In this document: one piece after another, positions 37,267 through 50,140 of the stretch
Layout: every line of letters begins with the position of its first letter
How positions within the stretch are numbered: position 1 is the stretch's first letter
DNA from: Carcharhinus amblyrhynchos
Lineage: Eukaryota
DNA: 64,000 bases
Direction: 5' to 3'
Assembly (NCBI GenBank): GCA_965287045.1
Contig: OZ336880.1
Span: forward strand, 73,408,001 to 73,472,000
The notes under the pieces: generated by a model
The model's input: the letters and a program-made list of their open reading frames with translations, nothing else
Databases searched by the model: none
What the model was told of the DNA's origin: nothing
Translations under genes and position numbers: made by a program

Positions 37267-37988
37267 GGACCCTATTTTATCATTGCGTCACACCTGTTTT
37301 CAGGCATGAAAACATGGTAACATTGGGTGTCAGGCCATTAACACGATCCACGCCCGTGTCTGTGCAGATGGCCACTTGACTGAGACCCGGGAATGACCAC
37401 GTGGTCACGATCTGATTCGCGCCCAAAAAGGGGGCAACAGCGATTTAAATGCATTCGCCGAAATCGCGCCAAAATAAACAAGCTAAATAAAAGTCTGAAT
37501 TGGGAGCTCCAGCTGCTGGGGAAGCGAGTTCAGTGCAATCGGAGGCCCGATTGCTCACTGCTGGGGCGAGGCGGGTGGGGGGAAGATGGATCTCTGGTGA
37601 GGGGGGACGGGGGGGGGGGGGGTCCGCTGCCACTCTGCGGGTGATTGGTGGGGGGGAAGGGGGCAGGGGGTCACATCAGTCTGGGTAGTGGGGGTTTGGG
37701 TGGATAAGGGGGACAGTGGGGGCCATCATTCCTGCTTTTCGCTCCCTGGCAGCTTTCTCCACTTCCTTGGCTTGGGAGTGATCTGACACGGGCCCGCTTT
37801 TTCAAATATTTTTCCAACTGCGCATGCGCAGCTCAGAGCGCTGATCATTTTGGGCGTGTTAAGCCCTGCCCACAGCAATTTTTTTTTTCAGGCTGAGTGC
37901 GTATGGGTGCCCCGAAAGCAGATTTCCAATTCAGATCTGAATTGCGCCCAGATTCAACACTTAGAATAAAAATGGTAAAATCAGGCCC
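37267..37988. mobile_element. CpG-rich non-autonomous DNA transposon with terminal inverted repeats
   Basis: Left end GGACCCTATTTTATCATT; reverse complement of right end GGGCCTGATTTTACCATT. Confidence 0.7.
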
Positions 37989-40449
37989 AATGGGTAAGCG
38001 ACTGCAGCAGAAATGTAAGAAGTAGTCAAATTATGCTCGAGAAGTTCAACACCATGAACTTACACAGCTGTCTGCAGTTGTTTAAAGTTTATTTATCAGT
38101 GTCACACGCAGGCTTGCATGAACGCTGCAATGAAGTTGCTGTGAAAATCCCAAGTTGCTCAGCAAAACAGAGAAATGACGATCTTGCCCAACTCCATTAG
38201 TAACCTGAATAGATGGGTGACTATCACAGCAATCTTGGAGCTCAGTAGTACGTGAGGACAGTGGAGGATGAATGGGGGTCACCTTATCAGCAAAGCTGCA
38301 TTTATAAGTGTCAAACAAGAGAAAAGAGGACATGTGAGGTACTCCTATATGTTGTATGAGGAGCACCATCTTTCAACCAGTAAAAGCATAATTACTATAC
38401 ATATATAAATATAACTACCCTTCTGAGCTTTTAGCCATTACTTTATCGAGGTGGATTCTGAAGATTTAGTACTTGAAATGTCAGGAGACATATTTCACTG
38501 ACAGAAATATGACAATGTGGAAATCCCATTGGCTATATGTTGCTACAAGCTGGGCAAAAGAAAACCTAATATGTGCTACTTATCATGCAAGAGAAGCTAT
38601 CTTAAAACAGAGCACATTGCATTGTTTAAAAAAAGAACAATTTTGTTTAATGTGCAGAGCTCTCACTATGGTACATACAAGAATTAAAAATAATCTTCAA
38701 GGCATGTGCCAGCTGGGTTTGTTACATTTTGACACGATAATCTATCTAATCTAAAATTGTCCAAGGGAGGGAGCCAAATCATTCAATTCAAATATAAACA
38801 TTCATCGTGACTTGCCCAAGTATATGTTTGATGGACAGCTTTTTTTAATTTAAGAGGTTATTGAAATTTAAAAAAAAATCCAATCACTATTGGGCAGCCT
38901 TTTCAAAATGTAACGATTGGTTAAGGTCTTAAAAGACTCCATTGTTATTTTGATATGTTTATCAATCTGTACTTTGCAATTCAGGGGTCTGATTAAGAAA
39001 GGGTTAAAGAACTACTATTCACTATCATAATCACGGCTTCAAGGGTTGCAAACTTTTTTGTTTACTCCACATGGTAAAGCTTTATAACACAGTAAAATAT
39101 AGTTTATTATTGCTACAATTCCTCTGTTCTATGACAGTTTGATACAGTTATTTGGCAATTCAAGCCTAAAATAGGATTTAGTGTGAATGTTGCTTTGCTG
39201 TCTTTTAAAAAAAAACTGAGGAAAATTCTGTGGGAGCAGGAACCAGAAGCAACAATTGACGGTACTGAAGGTGGATTCTCTACTCATTATTCGAGGTGCG
39301 CTATGTTGTTTCGCTGAGGTATCAAGGCAAGTGGAAAAATTTGTGGAGATCTTGAAGAATAGTCTGAAGCACAGAAGTTAAAAGGATTTGGAGTAAACTG
39401 ATAAAAAGAACCCACAAACATGACAAACTGGTGGAAGAGGCAGTGTCTATTTGCTAGCTAATATCTCAAATCATAATGAGTGAACATCTTCTATGTGTTT
39501 TCTGCACAAACGTTGTATGCTCCAATATGGCTTACATGTGATACTTTCTGCTATTTGCTTTGTAAGCATATACTGGATGCATAAACAAAACTTTTTTACT
39601 TTTTTATTTCTCCTTGTTATTCTTACTGACATTTCTTTTTCCTGCTTCATGGAATACATCCAAATTTGCATACTTTTGGAAATTAGAATGAATTAGTAGA
39701 ATGTCAGTAAATTCCTTAACATGTCGTGCCAATGAGAACCTTGGACGCAGCAATTAAACACAAACTAAACCTTAGCTGATGGAATTTGGGTCGACAACAA
39801 GATAATAGTAAAATAATCCATATGAACTGTTTGGCGTTTCCTCTCCATCTATTTGCCCTCACTTCAAGTAGAAGCAGCTCAGGGAAGGGACAATTTGGGG
39901 AGAAGGGTTGTTACCTATTTTACATTCCAATAATAAGTACCAACACACAATTCGGAGTTCTACTTGATCATCTGGCTACCAGCGAGTCTGTGATACTGAT
40001 TGACTGTATTCTAAAGTCGGGGGAAGAATTTGGTGTTCGAAAGTCAGTGTAGTTCTCCACCCTGGAAAGAAGAACCCTCAGGCCCTTTTGTAAGTGTTCC
40101 ACTTTAAATATTACAACAATATTATCTTTACTAGTCTTCACATGGGTTCCACTTGCATCCCAGTATGGCTCAGTATGCCAGGGGCACCAAGGACACAACG
40201 GGGGGCACGTTTCCCATCCTGCCTGCCACGGGAATCATAGCAGGTAGGGGGCACAATATGCAAAGGTCTGTTGATCTCGGGTGGGATTTTCTAGTTTGGG
40301 GGCGAGTGCACAGGAAATTCCAACATGGAGAACACCACCCTTAATCCAACTCTCCACCAATGGCTATGGCCTTGTTCAGAGTTTGTTGAAGGACTGCTTG
40401 TATCAGCGATGATTAGGAACTCCCAGATTACATTGTCACACGGTTTATA

Positions 40450-40772
40450 TGGCGGCACAACAGTTAACACTGCTGCCTCACAGCGCCAGGAACCCAGGTT
40501 CAATTCTAGCCTTGGGTCACTGTTTATGTGGAGTTTGCACATTCTCCCCATGTCTGCCTGGGTTTCCTCTGGGTGCTCAGGTTTCCTCACACAATCCAAA
40601 GATGTATGGGTTAGGTTATTTGGCCATGCTAAATTGCCGCATAGTGTCAGGGGACTAGCATATAAATATGTGGGGTTACGGGCATAGGGCCTGGATGGGA
40701 TTGTTGTCAATGCAGGTTCGATGGGTCAAATGGTCTCCTTCTGCACTGTAGAGATTCTATGAATCTACGATT
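40450..40772 (+). mobile_element. HE1-type V-SINE, tail type 1
   Basis: tRNA head, V-domain, ctgcactgtagagattctatgaatctacgatt tail. Confidence 0.9.
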
Positions 40773-41349
40773 CAAGCTTAATCAACAACTTTTGTGGCAA
40801 AGCTACAGCAAGAAGTGTGCCAAAAAGTTGTGGATTTATGGGCCTTGTCATACAGGATGCAACCTTCATCAGAAATGTTTGCTGAACCTATAGCTTTCCA
40901 AGATGACTTTGAAATTCCATTAGTTTTTTTGCACAGATTGTGAAAAGTATGGTAGATTTTTTTTTAAAAACGGCTAAATGTTTTTAACTGCAATTGCTCT
41001 TTAACATCACTGATCGTTTGCATTGTCCGGAGGTAAAATTAAGTTGCACTGATCTGTCAGATGAATGAATTTTTCAAGTTCATTGTTTATAAGTTAAGTA
41101 GACAGCAATGTGCTTCTGGAATAAGGAGGATCAAGGTTCCCCAGACGTGCATGTTAACACTTTTCAAGTCCTTTATCCCATTCTGAGTTCTTGAGCAGTA
41201 AACAATAGTGTCCAGGGAAGAAGTGAAGGAATAACTCAAAGCAACACAAAAACACTGAGACCAGTTGGTTGGTTGATGTTACATTGATTTGTGAGTGCAA
41301 TTTGCTTTCTTCAAATCATAATTCTTTAAGAAAATTCTAATTCTAACAA

Positions 41350-41887
41350 TTCTAAGGAAGTCTGACATGTCTGCTACAACTCTCATCAACTTGTACAGAT
41401 GCATCACAGAAAGTATTCTTCCTAGTTGTATTGCGGCTGGGTATGGCTCCTACTCTGTCCAAGAAAGCAAGAAACTACAAAAGGTCATGAACGAAGCCCA
41501 ATCCATCACTCAAACCTGCCTCCCATCCATTGACATTGTCTGCACTTTCCAATGCCTCGGAAGAGTAGCCAGCATAATCAAGCATCCCACGCACCCCCAA
41601 ACATACTTTCTTCCACTTTCTTCCATCGGGAAAAAGATACAAAAGTCTGAGGTCACATCCCAAATGACTTAAAGACAACTTCTTCCCTGCTGCCATCAGA
41701 CTTTTGCATGGACCCACCCTGCATTAAGTTGACTTTTCTCTCCAACCTCGCTATGACTGTAGCACTATATTCTGCATTCCCTTCTTGCTTTCTCTTTGTA
41801 CGGTATGCTTTGTCTGTATAGCACGCAAGAAACAATATTTCTCACTGTTTCCTAATACAGATGACAATAATAAATCAAATCAAATCA
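41350..41887 (+). mobile_element. Rex-Babar LINE 3' end
   Basis: ORF 41367 TTLINLYRCITESILPSCIAAGYG..KKLQKV..ASIIKHPTHP is the Rex1/Babar RT C-terminal (DUF1891-type) region; ends tgacaataataaatcaaatcaaatc. Confidence 0.88.
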
Positions 41888-43058
41888 GATGATTGGTGTT
41901 ATTTACAGCTCATTTTTAGGTTTGGTCATGAAGCTGTTTCCATGAGCTTCCCACAAATTCTATAAATAAGACTGATTTACTAACTACTTTATTTTGCTTA
42001 AGGAGGCTGATAAATAAATAAATTGGCATTCTTGCCCAACATTCTAATTAGTAGAATTGAAGCCACACAAATTAAATATGGAAGGACAAGAACAGTTAGT
42101 ACCTAAACTGATGTCTTGAATCTAATGCCTCAAAAATAAATTTAAATAACAAATTTCATTCAGGCATAATCCATAAATAAATGTTAGGTTTTCAGCAAAA
42201 ACTTAATAATTGACTCTGAGTTAATTTTGAGCAAAGATAGAATTTTGGCACCATATTCAATAAAATAATTTGACTTGAAAATGCAGGGTGATAGTTTTGA
42301 AGAGGTCAGTCATATCTTTCAGGAATCATAACTTACAAAGAATAAGTTCTGGATAATGTGAGTTGAGTAGAATTGGCTGTAGATTTAACATCTAAAGTGA
42401 CATTTTTGTAAAGATAAAAACTATTCTTGGAGTTTTTAGTCTGTTTACACAGAATTTAGTCAAAGGCATTTTATTTTTGCCAATAGCATTAGGGCACTCC
42501 ATAGCAACTGCATTCAATTAGATATCTATATTATACAAACAGTCATATCCTTACTGACAGTCCATTCAGTATTCTTATTGTACGTCAGTAGAGAAATTAC
42601 TAGCATTTAAAAATGACTTGCAGTAAACCAGAAATTCCTCACCTGAAATAAACTACCTTGGTAACAGTATTAAACAAATCCATTTCATTAAGGTGAATTC
42701 ATTGAATTGTTGTAATAAAGGCTTTGATTTTGTGGTTACAATTGTAGCAAAACTCAGCACTCATTGCCATTACTTTGCAAAACTAACAACAGCTTCTGGT
42801 GTGCGCACATGCATAATTGAATATCGAAATCCAAAAACTGCAGTCAGTGGTTGTGTCCTCCTCCACAGGATGTACCGCTGAAGAACTCTCAGATGGAAAC
42901 AATCTAAAAATCACTGAATTGGTGTGCATTTCTACTTTTTACATTATTCTGGCCATAAAAATTGTTTACAAATGTACACCTTGTTGAATGAACAGTAACT
43001 TATGTTTTTAACAGTGGATAGTGTCTTTTTTTATTACTAATCAACCTCTTTGGTTCAA

Positions 43059-43231
43059 TAAGAAGTCTCCACAACACCAGGTTAAAGTCCAATAGATTTA
43101 TTTGGTATCATGAGCTTTTGAAGCGCTGCTTCTTCATCAGGTAAGTCATCTGATGAAGGGGCAGCGCTCCAAAAACTCTCAATACTAAATAAAACTGTTG
43201 GACATTAATCTGGTGTTGTGAGACTTCTTAC
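43059..43231. mobile_element. Palindromic Penelope-derived mini-element with two opposed hammerhead cores
   Basis: Inverted arms centred on catcag-gtaagtcat-ctgatg. Cores at 43108-43144 (-) and 43146-43180 (+). Confidence 0.85.
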
Positions 43232-43419
43232 TGTGCCCACATTACACTGGCAGGATCTTTTAGTCCTGCTAATGGTGCACCCCTGCCATGGGCTTGCCAG
43301 CAATGAAGGGGGTGCATTCAATGGGAAACCCCATTAATAATGGCAGGACCAGAAGGTCTCACCTGCCTGCAATGATGGGGCTGTCTCCCACCTACCATGT
43401 TTACTCCTATAGGGAAATC

Positions 43420-43690
43420 CTAGTGGTCATAGATATAAAATGGTCACCAATAAATCCAGTAAAGAACTCAGGAGAAACTTACTTACCTAGGGAGTGTTAG
43501 AATATAGCACTTTCTATTACAAGAGCAGTTGATTGGGATAGTATAGATGCATTTAAGAGGAAGCTAGATAAGGATATGAGGGAGAAAGGAATTGAAAGGT
43601 TTGCTGATTGAGTTAGGTGCAGGAGGTTTGGCTGGAAATGGACACTGGCCTGGTTGGACTGAATGTCCTATTTCTGTGTTGTAAATTCTA
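43420..43690 (+). mobile_element. CR1 LINE 3' end
   Basis: tagtatagatgcatttaagaggaagctagataag..gaatgtcctatttctgtgttgtaaattcta. Confidence 0.75.
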
Positions 43691-44642
43691 AGCAGCACGT
43701 AGCTCTGTATAATCATTTTAGGCCACAAGTACAGTGACCCACCATCATAACACAAATGATTGCTAGTGACTCTCTGGGTGAGCGTAGCCAGAGGACAATA
43801 GTAAAAGACCAGATCAGATGTAATGAGATGAGGAGTCTGGGTGACCACAATTTTTCACTTCCCATTGCCTATTTTCCTGGAGATGGAACTGGGCTGCAGT
43901 GAAAATCACCCCCAGAATCAATAAAAACAACTTGTATTCATATATCCTGCTCATATCCAGGGAGACTAAATAAAGGTTGCTCAGTGTTTCATTCCATTGT
44001 CTATTTTAATTGGGATCTGTTTGAAGTCCATTATATCTATTGATTGTAAATGCCTGTAATAGAGTACTCAGTCGTCGTAATCAAATTTCAAACAATTACT
44101 CCATGCAATAAACAGTGTTTTCTAATTCTATTTATGCCATGCTTTCATGCATTTTTTTCTTCACTGACATGAAATTGTGGTTTTACATTGCATGGCTATC
44201 CAGTTTATTTAGTCGCACTGGGTAATGTCGCTAATGCACTCTCAGTGGCTTTGATGGTGCCAAATGTAATCCCATTGAAGTTTTCCAAGAGAATGGCAAT
44301 AAATGGAGACAATGGGCCAGAAATTTCTGTCAAAATAGCAGTGAAGCTAATTGCACTTGCCTTTGCTTATGCACATATGGCTAGGCGAAGGACACGTGAG
44401 GTAAAAGTGAGAATCCAAAAATTGCTTCCCCAGTTGGGTTGCTCTGTCCTTCACCTCACAGAATTACATTTCCCTCTGTGCACTTCCAAACACATTGAGT
44501 GATGTGATGATGCTGTATTTGCATGGTGGATACAGACAAAACTCACCCGCAGAAAGTTCAGTCTCGTCATTTCAAGCACAGATAAACCTTTTTTGTTTCT
44601 TTTCATTATTTTTCTTTCTCTCGTAATCCAATATTTATTTCA

Positions 44643-45220
44643 CAAGAACATAAGAATTAAGACCAGAAGGAAACTATATGCCACCTCAAATCTGCTCTGA
44701 CATTCAATGCAATCATGTCTCATCTTCTACGATACTCCACTTTTCCTCTCATTCCCATATCCCTCGATTTCCTGAGGGATGAAACATCTGTCTGTCTCGG
44801 TCTTGAATACGGAGTATCCAAAACCCTCTGGAATATAAAATCCTAAAGATTCACAATCCTCTTTCTCAAGAATTTGGTCTCACCTCAGTACTAAATGATT
44901 GACCCTTTATACTGAGACAGTACTGGGGAAATAACCTCTCAGTTTCTACCCCATCCAGTCCTTTTCGAATCTTGCATATTTCAATGAGCTCATCTCTCAT
45001 TTTTCTAAATCCCAGACAGTGAAGCCCAATTTCCTCAATCTCTCATCGTAGCACAAGTCTCTCAGCCCCAGAGCCAATCTAGATAACCTTTGTGCTCCCA
45101 ATTCTAAGTTCTTAGATATGGACAACAAAACTGTTCACGCGGTACTTCAGATGTGGTCTCACCAAAGACTTAAGCATTGTAGCAAAACTTCCTTATTCCC
45201 ACACTCAATCCTCCTTGCAC
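44643..45220 (-). mobile_element. CR1 LINE 3' portion
   Basis: agaacataagaatta terminus; tttcaatgagctcatctctc; gtacttcagatgtggtctcacc (reverse of VRPHLKY). Confidence 0.8.
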
Positions 45221-45389
45221 TAAATTTCTGTGTTCCTTGTGCAAGTGCACGCAAGTCCCCTGAGAAAAATCAACATTTAAAAATTGAAAAAAATTTGATT
45301 TTCTATTGTTGTATAATCTCACTCCTGCCTGTGTTATATATTCCATTAGCCACCATGTTCACTTTACAGCCAGCATTTTAAAGATGTGC

Positions 45390-46088
45390 TGAGGAATGGC
45401 GTGGTGGTGGGGGAGGTAAAATTGGAGGTGCCTATTGCTTACCTACCACCATTAGCATTTTCAGAGGACTAAGGAATGGATAGTCTTCCCTCCCTTAGGC
45501 CAATTGAGGCCCTAAATAGGAAAAGAAAGGGCCTCTTAAGGGTCTTTTCCCAATGCCTCTGGTGTTTTACCACTGATGAATGGGCACTTCTCACACTGGA
45601 AGACCACCAAGTTTAACCTGGTGACTTCTTTGCAGGCTTAGGGTGGGGTTGTGAATGGGTGCGGTGGGGGGGAGGGGTGGAGGCTTTTGATCTGTCAGCT
45701 TGTGTCCACCCCCACCCCAAGAAGGATTGCCACCTCATTTGAAAGACATAACTGTGCCCTCATGGACACTTCCATCCCCTCTTGCTGCAACCATCTCACT
45801 GGCCTAGCAAACCCAGTTCAGCTTACTTCCATTTTGTGGCATTGTCCATGTGGTTGGCCCTGCCTCTTTGCAGGCCCAGCAATGACCACCGCTCCTGGGG
45901 GCACTGTTGGGATTGGAGAGCCTCCAGCTACCTGGTTGCTTTGTCCCCTTAAAGGGACAGAAGCCCTGGTTGGAGGAAGTCAACGAATGCAGCATGCAGT
46001 TAGGAATAATCTGACTGGTTGAGACTGGTGTATATACATGATTTTCTGGCTGGTGGACAGGGCCACGACCACCCTATAAAATCCTGAT
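45390..46088. mobile_element. GC-rich non-autonomous DNA transposon (Harbinger-like)
   Basis: gccaattgaggccct and gggcctcttaagg motifs; ends taaaatcctg. Confidence 0.4.
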
Positions 46089-47215
46089 CAATCTGTCCAG
46101 TGTTCCTCACTGCTGTTGCCCTATTCACTCCGGTGCAGGAATGCCCTCTTTCCCTGGCTGCAGTAACAGCTCATACTTGCAACGATTTGTCACTCAAAAC
46201 AGTTTTTAAAATAAACCCTAAATGTCAAAGGCAAGTCTAACTCACAGCAGATACCATTAGGCTGTTGACAAATGAATTTGTATTTCAAATCTACATTACT
46301 GATTATACAAGTTATTCTTTGGCAAAGCACTAAGTTGCTTTTTTGTTATAAATTGTCTGTGTGTCACCAACTTTGAGGTCGGCGCCAGTCAAAATTCCAG
46401 CATGTATGCATCAGACTTTAGAATTAATTTTCTCAGTTCTCATTTGTCCAAAAGATGAGGGAATTCCCAACTGCGATTTAACTGCCAGACTTTGACCTTT
46501 AGGTTCATTAGCGAGCCTACTGGATTGAAAGAACCCCTATAATTATACTTTGCTTGAGATTGTTTTACATTTTAATACAAAAGCTTTCAGAACTTGTACC
46601 ATTCAAGTTAAATAATTTGGGTACATGTAAACACTGTAACTTTAGTAACAATGTATTTTATTTATTACATCTTTTTGGAAATATTTCCAACGTCTCTCTT
46701 TATTTCCTCATGACAATGTTATGCCAAAGTGAGGTATCTATGTATTTATCTGAAGCAACTCTCAGTCACAGAAACGATTCAACCCTTTGAGCCTGCTGTG
46801 TCATTCATTTTGATCATGGCTGATCATCACATTCAATATCCTGATCTGACCTTCCTCCCCCATATCCCTTGATTCCTTCAGCCCTAAGAGCTGTATCTAA
46901 TTTCTTCTTGATGGAGGCAGAAGAAAGCAAAAACAGATTGAAAGAGATTCTAACTAGTTTGAAGACCATGATGGTTCCTTCAGTCAACCAATTTTTGACG
47001 ATATCACTCAGTATTCCGCCAGTCATTATCTTGACTCTCCAAAAACTTTGTTAAAATGTGAAATATCTGATGATGTGATCTTTATTGATTCAGGCTCAGG
47101 ATTGCAGCAGGAATGCCAGAGAAAGAGACTGATTGAATCAGAGATAGAATCAACCTGCTTATTAATGCAATAGTCTTTTGATTAACACAAGTTATGTCTT
47201 TGTATTGTGTTGTAG

Positions 47216-47314
47216 ATCAAGTATTCGGCTGCCATTTGACTGTACTGTGCAAGCGCGAGGGAACCACAGTTCCAAGATTTGTGAAGCTTTGCATTGAGGC
47301 TGTGGAGAAAAGAG
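47216..47314 (+). CDS. ARHGAP15: Internal coding exon (99 nt, phase 1-1), start of the RhoGAP domain, ARHGAP15-like
   Basis: Acceptor tgtctttgtattgtgttgtag and donor AG|gtaggt. Translates (D)QVFGCHLTVLCKREGTTVPRFVKLCIEAVEKR(G). Joins the 7144-7266 exon in frame (G+AT = Asp), giving the GLIKDQVFG motif. Confidence 0.95.
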
Positions 47315-47530
47315 GTAGGTGGCAGTTTAATTGTTCTTTTGCATCTCTCAATAAAATTCCCAACAGCACCATCAGATAAGATATAAGTCCCATTTATATG
47401 GTCTGGGGGAGGGGAACTCACCCGCCTCAGGAATCGTAACAGCGAGGGATGGACCATGTAAGGATCCGTTGACCTTCAGGCAGGATTTTCTGGTTTTGGG
47501 GCAAGCATGGTGGGAAGATCCCGCCATCAT

Positions 47531-48110
47531 AGAGATATGGTTCGGCACAGCCAAGAAGAGCCAAAAGGCCTGTTTCTGTGCTGTAACGTTCTATGATTCT
47601 ATGAGAGTGGGGGGAGTGTGGAATGAGCTGCCAGATGAAGCGGTGAAAGCGGGCTCACTTTTAACATTTAAGAAAAACTTGGACAGGTACATGGATGAGA
47701 TTGGTATGGAGGGATATGGCCCAGGTGCAGGTCAGTGGGACTAGGCAGAAAAATGGTTTGGCATAGCCAAGAAGGGTCAAAAGGCCTGTTTCTGTGCTGT
47801 AGTGTTCTATGGTTCTATGATTCTATATACAGCAGGGAAACAAGACCTTCAGCCCAACTGGTCCACACCAACCAGGTTTCCTAAACTGAACTAGACCCAT
47901 TTGCCTGTGTTTGGCCCATATCCCTCAAAACCTTTCCCATCCATTTACCTGTCCAAATGTATTTTAAATGTTGTAATTGTACCCGCATCTACCACCTCCT
48001 CTGGCAGTTCATTCTATATACACATCACCCTCAGGTCCCTTTTAAATCTTTCCCTTCTCACTTTAAACCTGTGCCCTCTAGTTTTGGACTCCCCTACCCT
48101 GCGGAAAAAG
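47531..48110. mobile_element. Cluster of three CR1 3' ends (+, +, -)
   Basis: aaaaggcctgtttctgtgctgta..ttctatg occurs twice (about 47562 and 47780), then an opposed tail from about 47828. Confidence 0.85.
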
Positions 48111-49424
48111 TGTCCCCGAGAGGACTCAACAGTTAACAGGAATCCAATTGCAAAGTTTCATTTAGTTGCTTCACAATTTACTCTGGTGTTCCTCAAACGC
48201 ATCTCCGCCATCCCGTAATTCAAAATCTTTTTGGGAGAAAAATGTGAGGGAAGGGTTCTGGCAATGACATGATGACAGTTTATATCAACTATAAACATTT
48301 GTCCATTATAAACACAGGACAGGCATCTAAATGTTAAACAAGTACTCCAGCTCACTAATCCCACTGCACTGCAAGATGTGATAGCAGGAGGGGCAAGGGG
48401 TGGATGGGGTGGGGATTTATTTTCTGGCAATGCCCATCTGCTGATCTGCATGTGAACTCTAACTTGTCAATAGCAATAACTTTAAAATGTCTCATGAGGT
48501 TATAGTGAAACCTCTTTAGTGTCTTGCTCTTAGTTCAGGCTGGTAACTGTACATTATCACTATCAGTTTATGTCAAAGAGGAACACTGAATGCAATAACT
48601 TGAAGGTGATACTCAGAGCTGTGTGGGAGAAATAATAGGTTGCTTACCAGCATGTGTGCTGGTGGTATTCTAAGGTGAATCACAGTTTCACACTGCCCTA
48701 TAAGCATAGCAAGAGGACGATGAGGGAGATTTACTCTCAATTTCAGTAAATAACCACTCAATGTTTATAGTAAACATCAAACGTTAGATTTTTTTCATGA
48801 ATCACCGTGCAGGGAAAAGCATGCTGAGTGCTCTGGGTAGTTCACAAGAGTCAACTAAAATTGTAGGTGGTGTTTTGAGGTAATCTTACATTTGAAGTAA
48901 CTGCTCATAATTACTTGTTAATTGGCTCCAAATTGGTAGTTTCACTTCAGCTGCGAGAATATCTGTGTGGATAAGGAAAAAAATCACACCGATGCAACTT
49001 AAGATGCTTTACTCATGCATTGTTGGATCAGCATACATTTCCTCTGCACCTGACCTATGCCATTTGTGATCTGAAAGTGTTCGAGGCTGGGGCTGAGCGC
49101 AGAATAAAATAACTCTGCCTAATATCATTCACTCTGTCAGTGTAAGTTTGGCTGATTTGGTAGTGCTCATATATGCGGAGTCAGAAATTTATTGATGCAA
49201 ACCGCACTTTATGATTTGACTTCATACTCATTCAAGGTGAACACAAAAACTAGCTTGACATTCGCCTCCAGCTCCCTTCTTGTCATTCAGCAGGAATGGT
49301 GAAATCGTGTGAAAAGGCAGAAGACAGGGTAAAGACAGCCATGTTCCTGAGAGGGGAAAGGAGGCAAATTTAGGTGGCAGAGTCACATTCCGATGACCTC
49401 ACCAGGGAGAAGATGAAATTTTTG

Positions 49425-49533
49425 CTGTGGGCCTGATGATGGACTGCACAGTCTTCACCCTGCCAGTGATAGGTAGATCACTGCGGGCCTGATGATGGAC
49501 TGCATAGTCTTCAACCTGCCAGTGACAGGTAGA
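49425..49533. repeat. 56-nt tandem duplication (2 copies)
   Basis: ctgYgggcctgatgatggactgcaYagtcttcaMcctgccagtgaYaggtaga at 49425 and 49481. Confidence 0.95.
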
Positions 49534-49845
49534 AGCAGCAAGATTCCTGGTCCCAGTTAAAATTGGTCCTTTTGTGTTGCATTGTAGGTGTTGTCTTCCT
49601 TCAGATGAGACATTAAACCAAAATGGTCTGGATATAAGACATCCAGTGGCATTGAAAAATTAAAATATTTCCTGATTTCCAATATTCCTGACTAAAAACA
49701 GATTAACTCCTCACTCATCACATTAGCCATTTTGAGGGTCTTAATAGCTGCATGTACCAGGAGTGACTACACTTCTGTAATAAACTGTAGGCCATAAAAT
49801 ATTTTAGAATACCCTAAGAATATGAAGACTTGGCAGATCTTACCA

Positions 49846-50140
49846 GGGCGGCACAATGGTTAGCACGGCTGCCTCACAGCACCAGGAACCCGAGTTCAAT
49901 TCCGGCCTTGGGTGAGTGAAGTTTGCACATTCTCCCTGTGTCTGCATGCATTTCGGTTTCTTCCACAGGTGTACAGGTTAGGTGGATTGACCATGCTAAA
50001 TTGCCCCTTAGTGTCCCAAGATGTGTTGGTTAGGGGTGATTAGCAAAGTAAATATGTGGGGTTACAGAGCAGGGCCTGGGTGGGATGCTGTAATGGAAAG
50101 CCGATGCAGGCCTTCTATGCCATAGGGGTTCTGTGATCTG
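49846..50140 (+). mobile_element. HE1-type V-SINE, tail type 1
   Basis: gggcggcacaatggttagcacggctgcctcacagc head; cagggcctgggtgggatgc tail. Confidence 0.88.

Larger units (their letters stand above)
7267..47215 (+). other. 39,949-nt phase-1 GT-AG intron of the ARHGAP15-like gene
   Basis: Bounded by the two exons above. No further ARHGAP15-like coding segment is expected or seen between them. Confidence 0.85.

Noticed and set aside
40291-40710. Longest ORFs in the track (139, 126, 120 aa) as novel small proteins
   Set aside because: They are chance reading frames through V-SINE copies; similar peptides recur at each SINE.
49425-49533. CTGATGA in the 56-nt tandem duplication as a hammerhead dimer or C/D-box snoRNA
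   Set aside because: No GAAA follows a stem II. The apparent C and D boxes arise only from the duplication, and there is no terminal stem.
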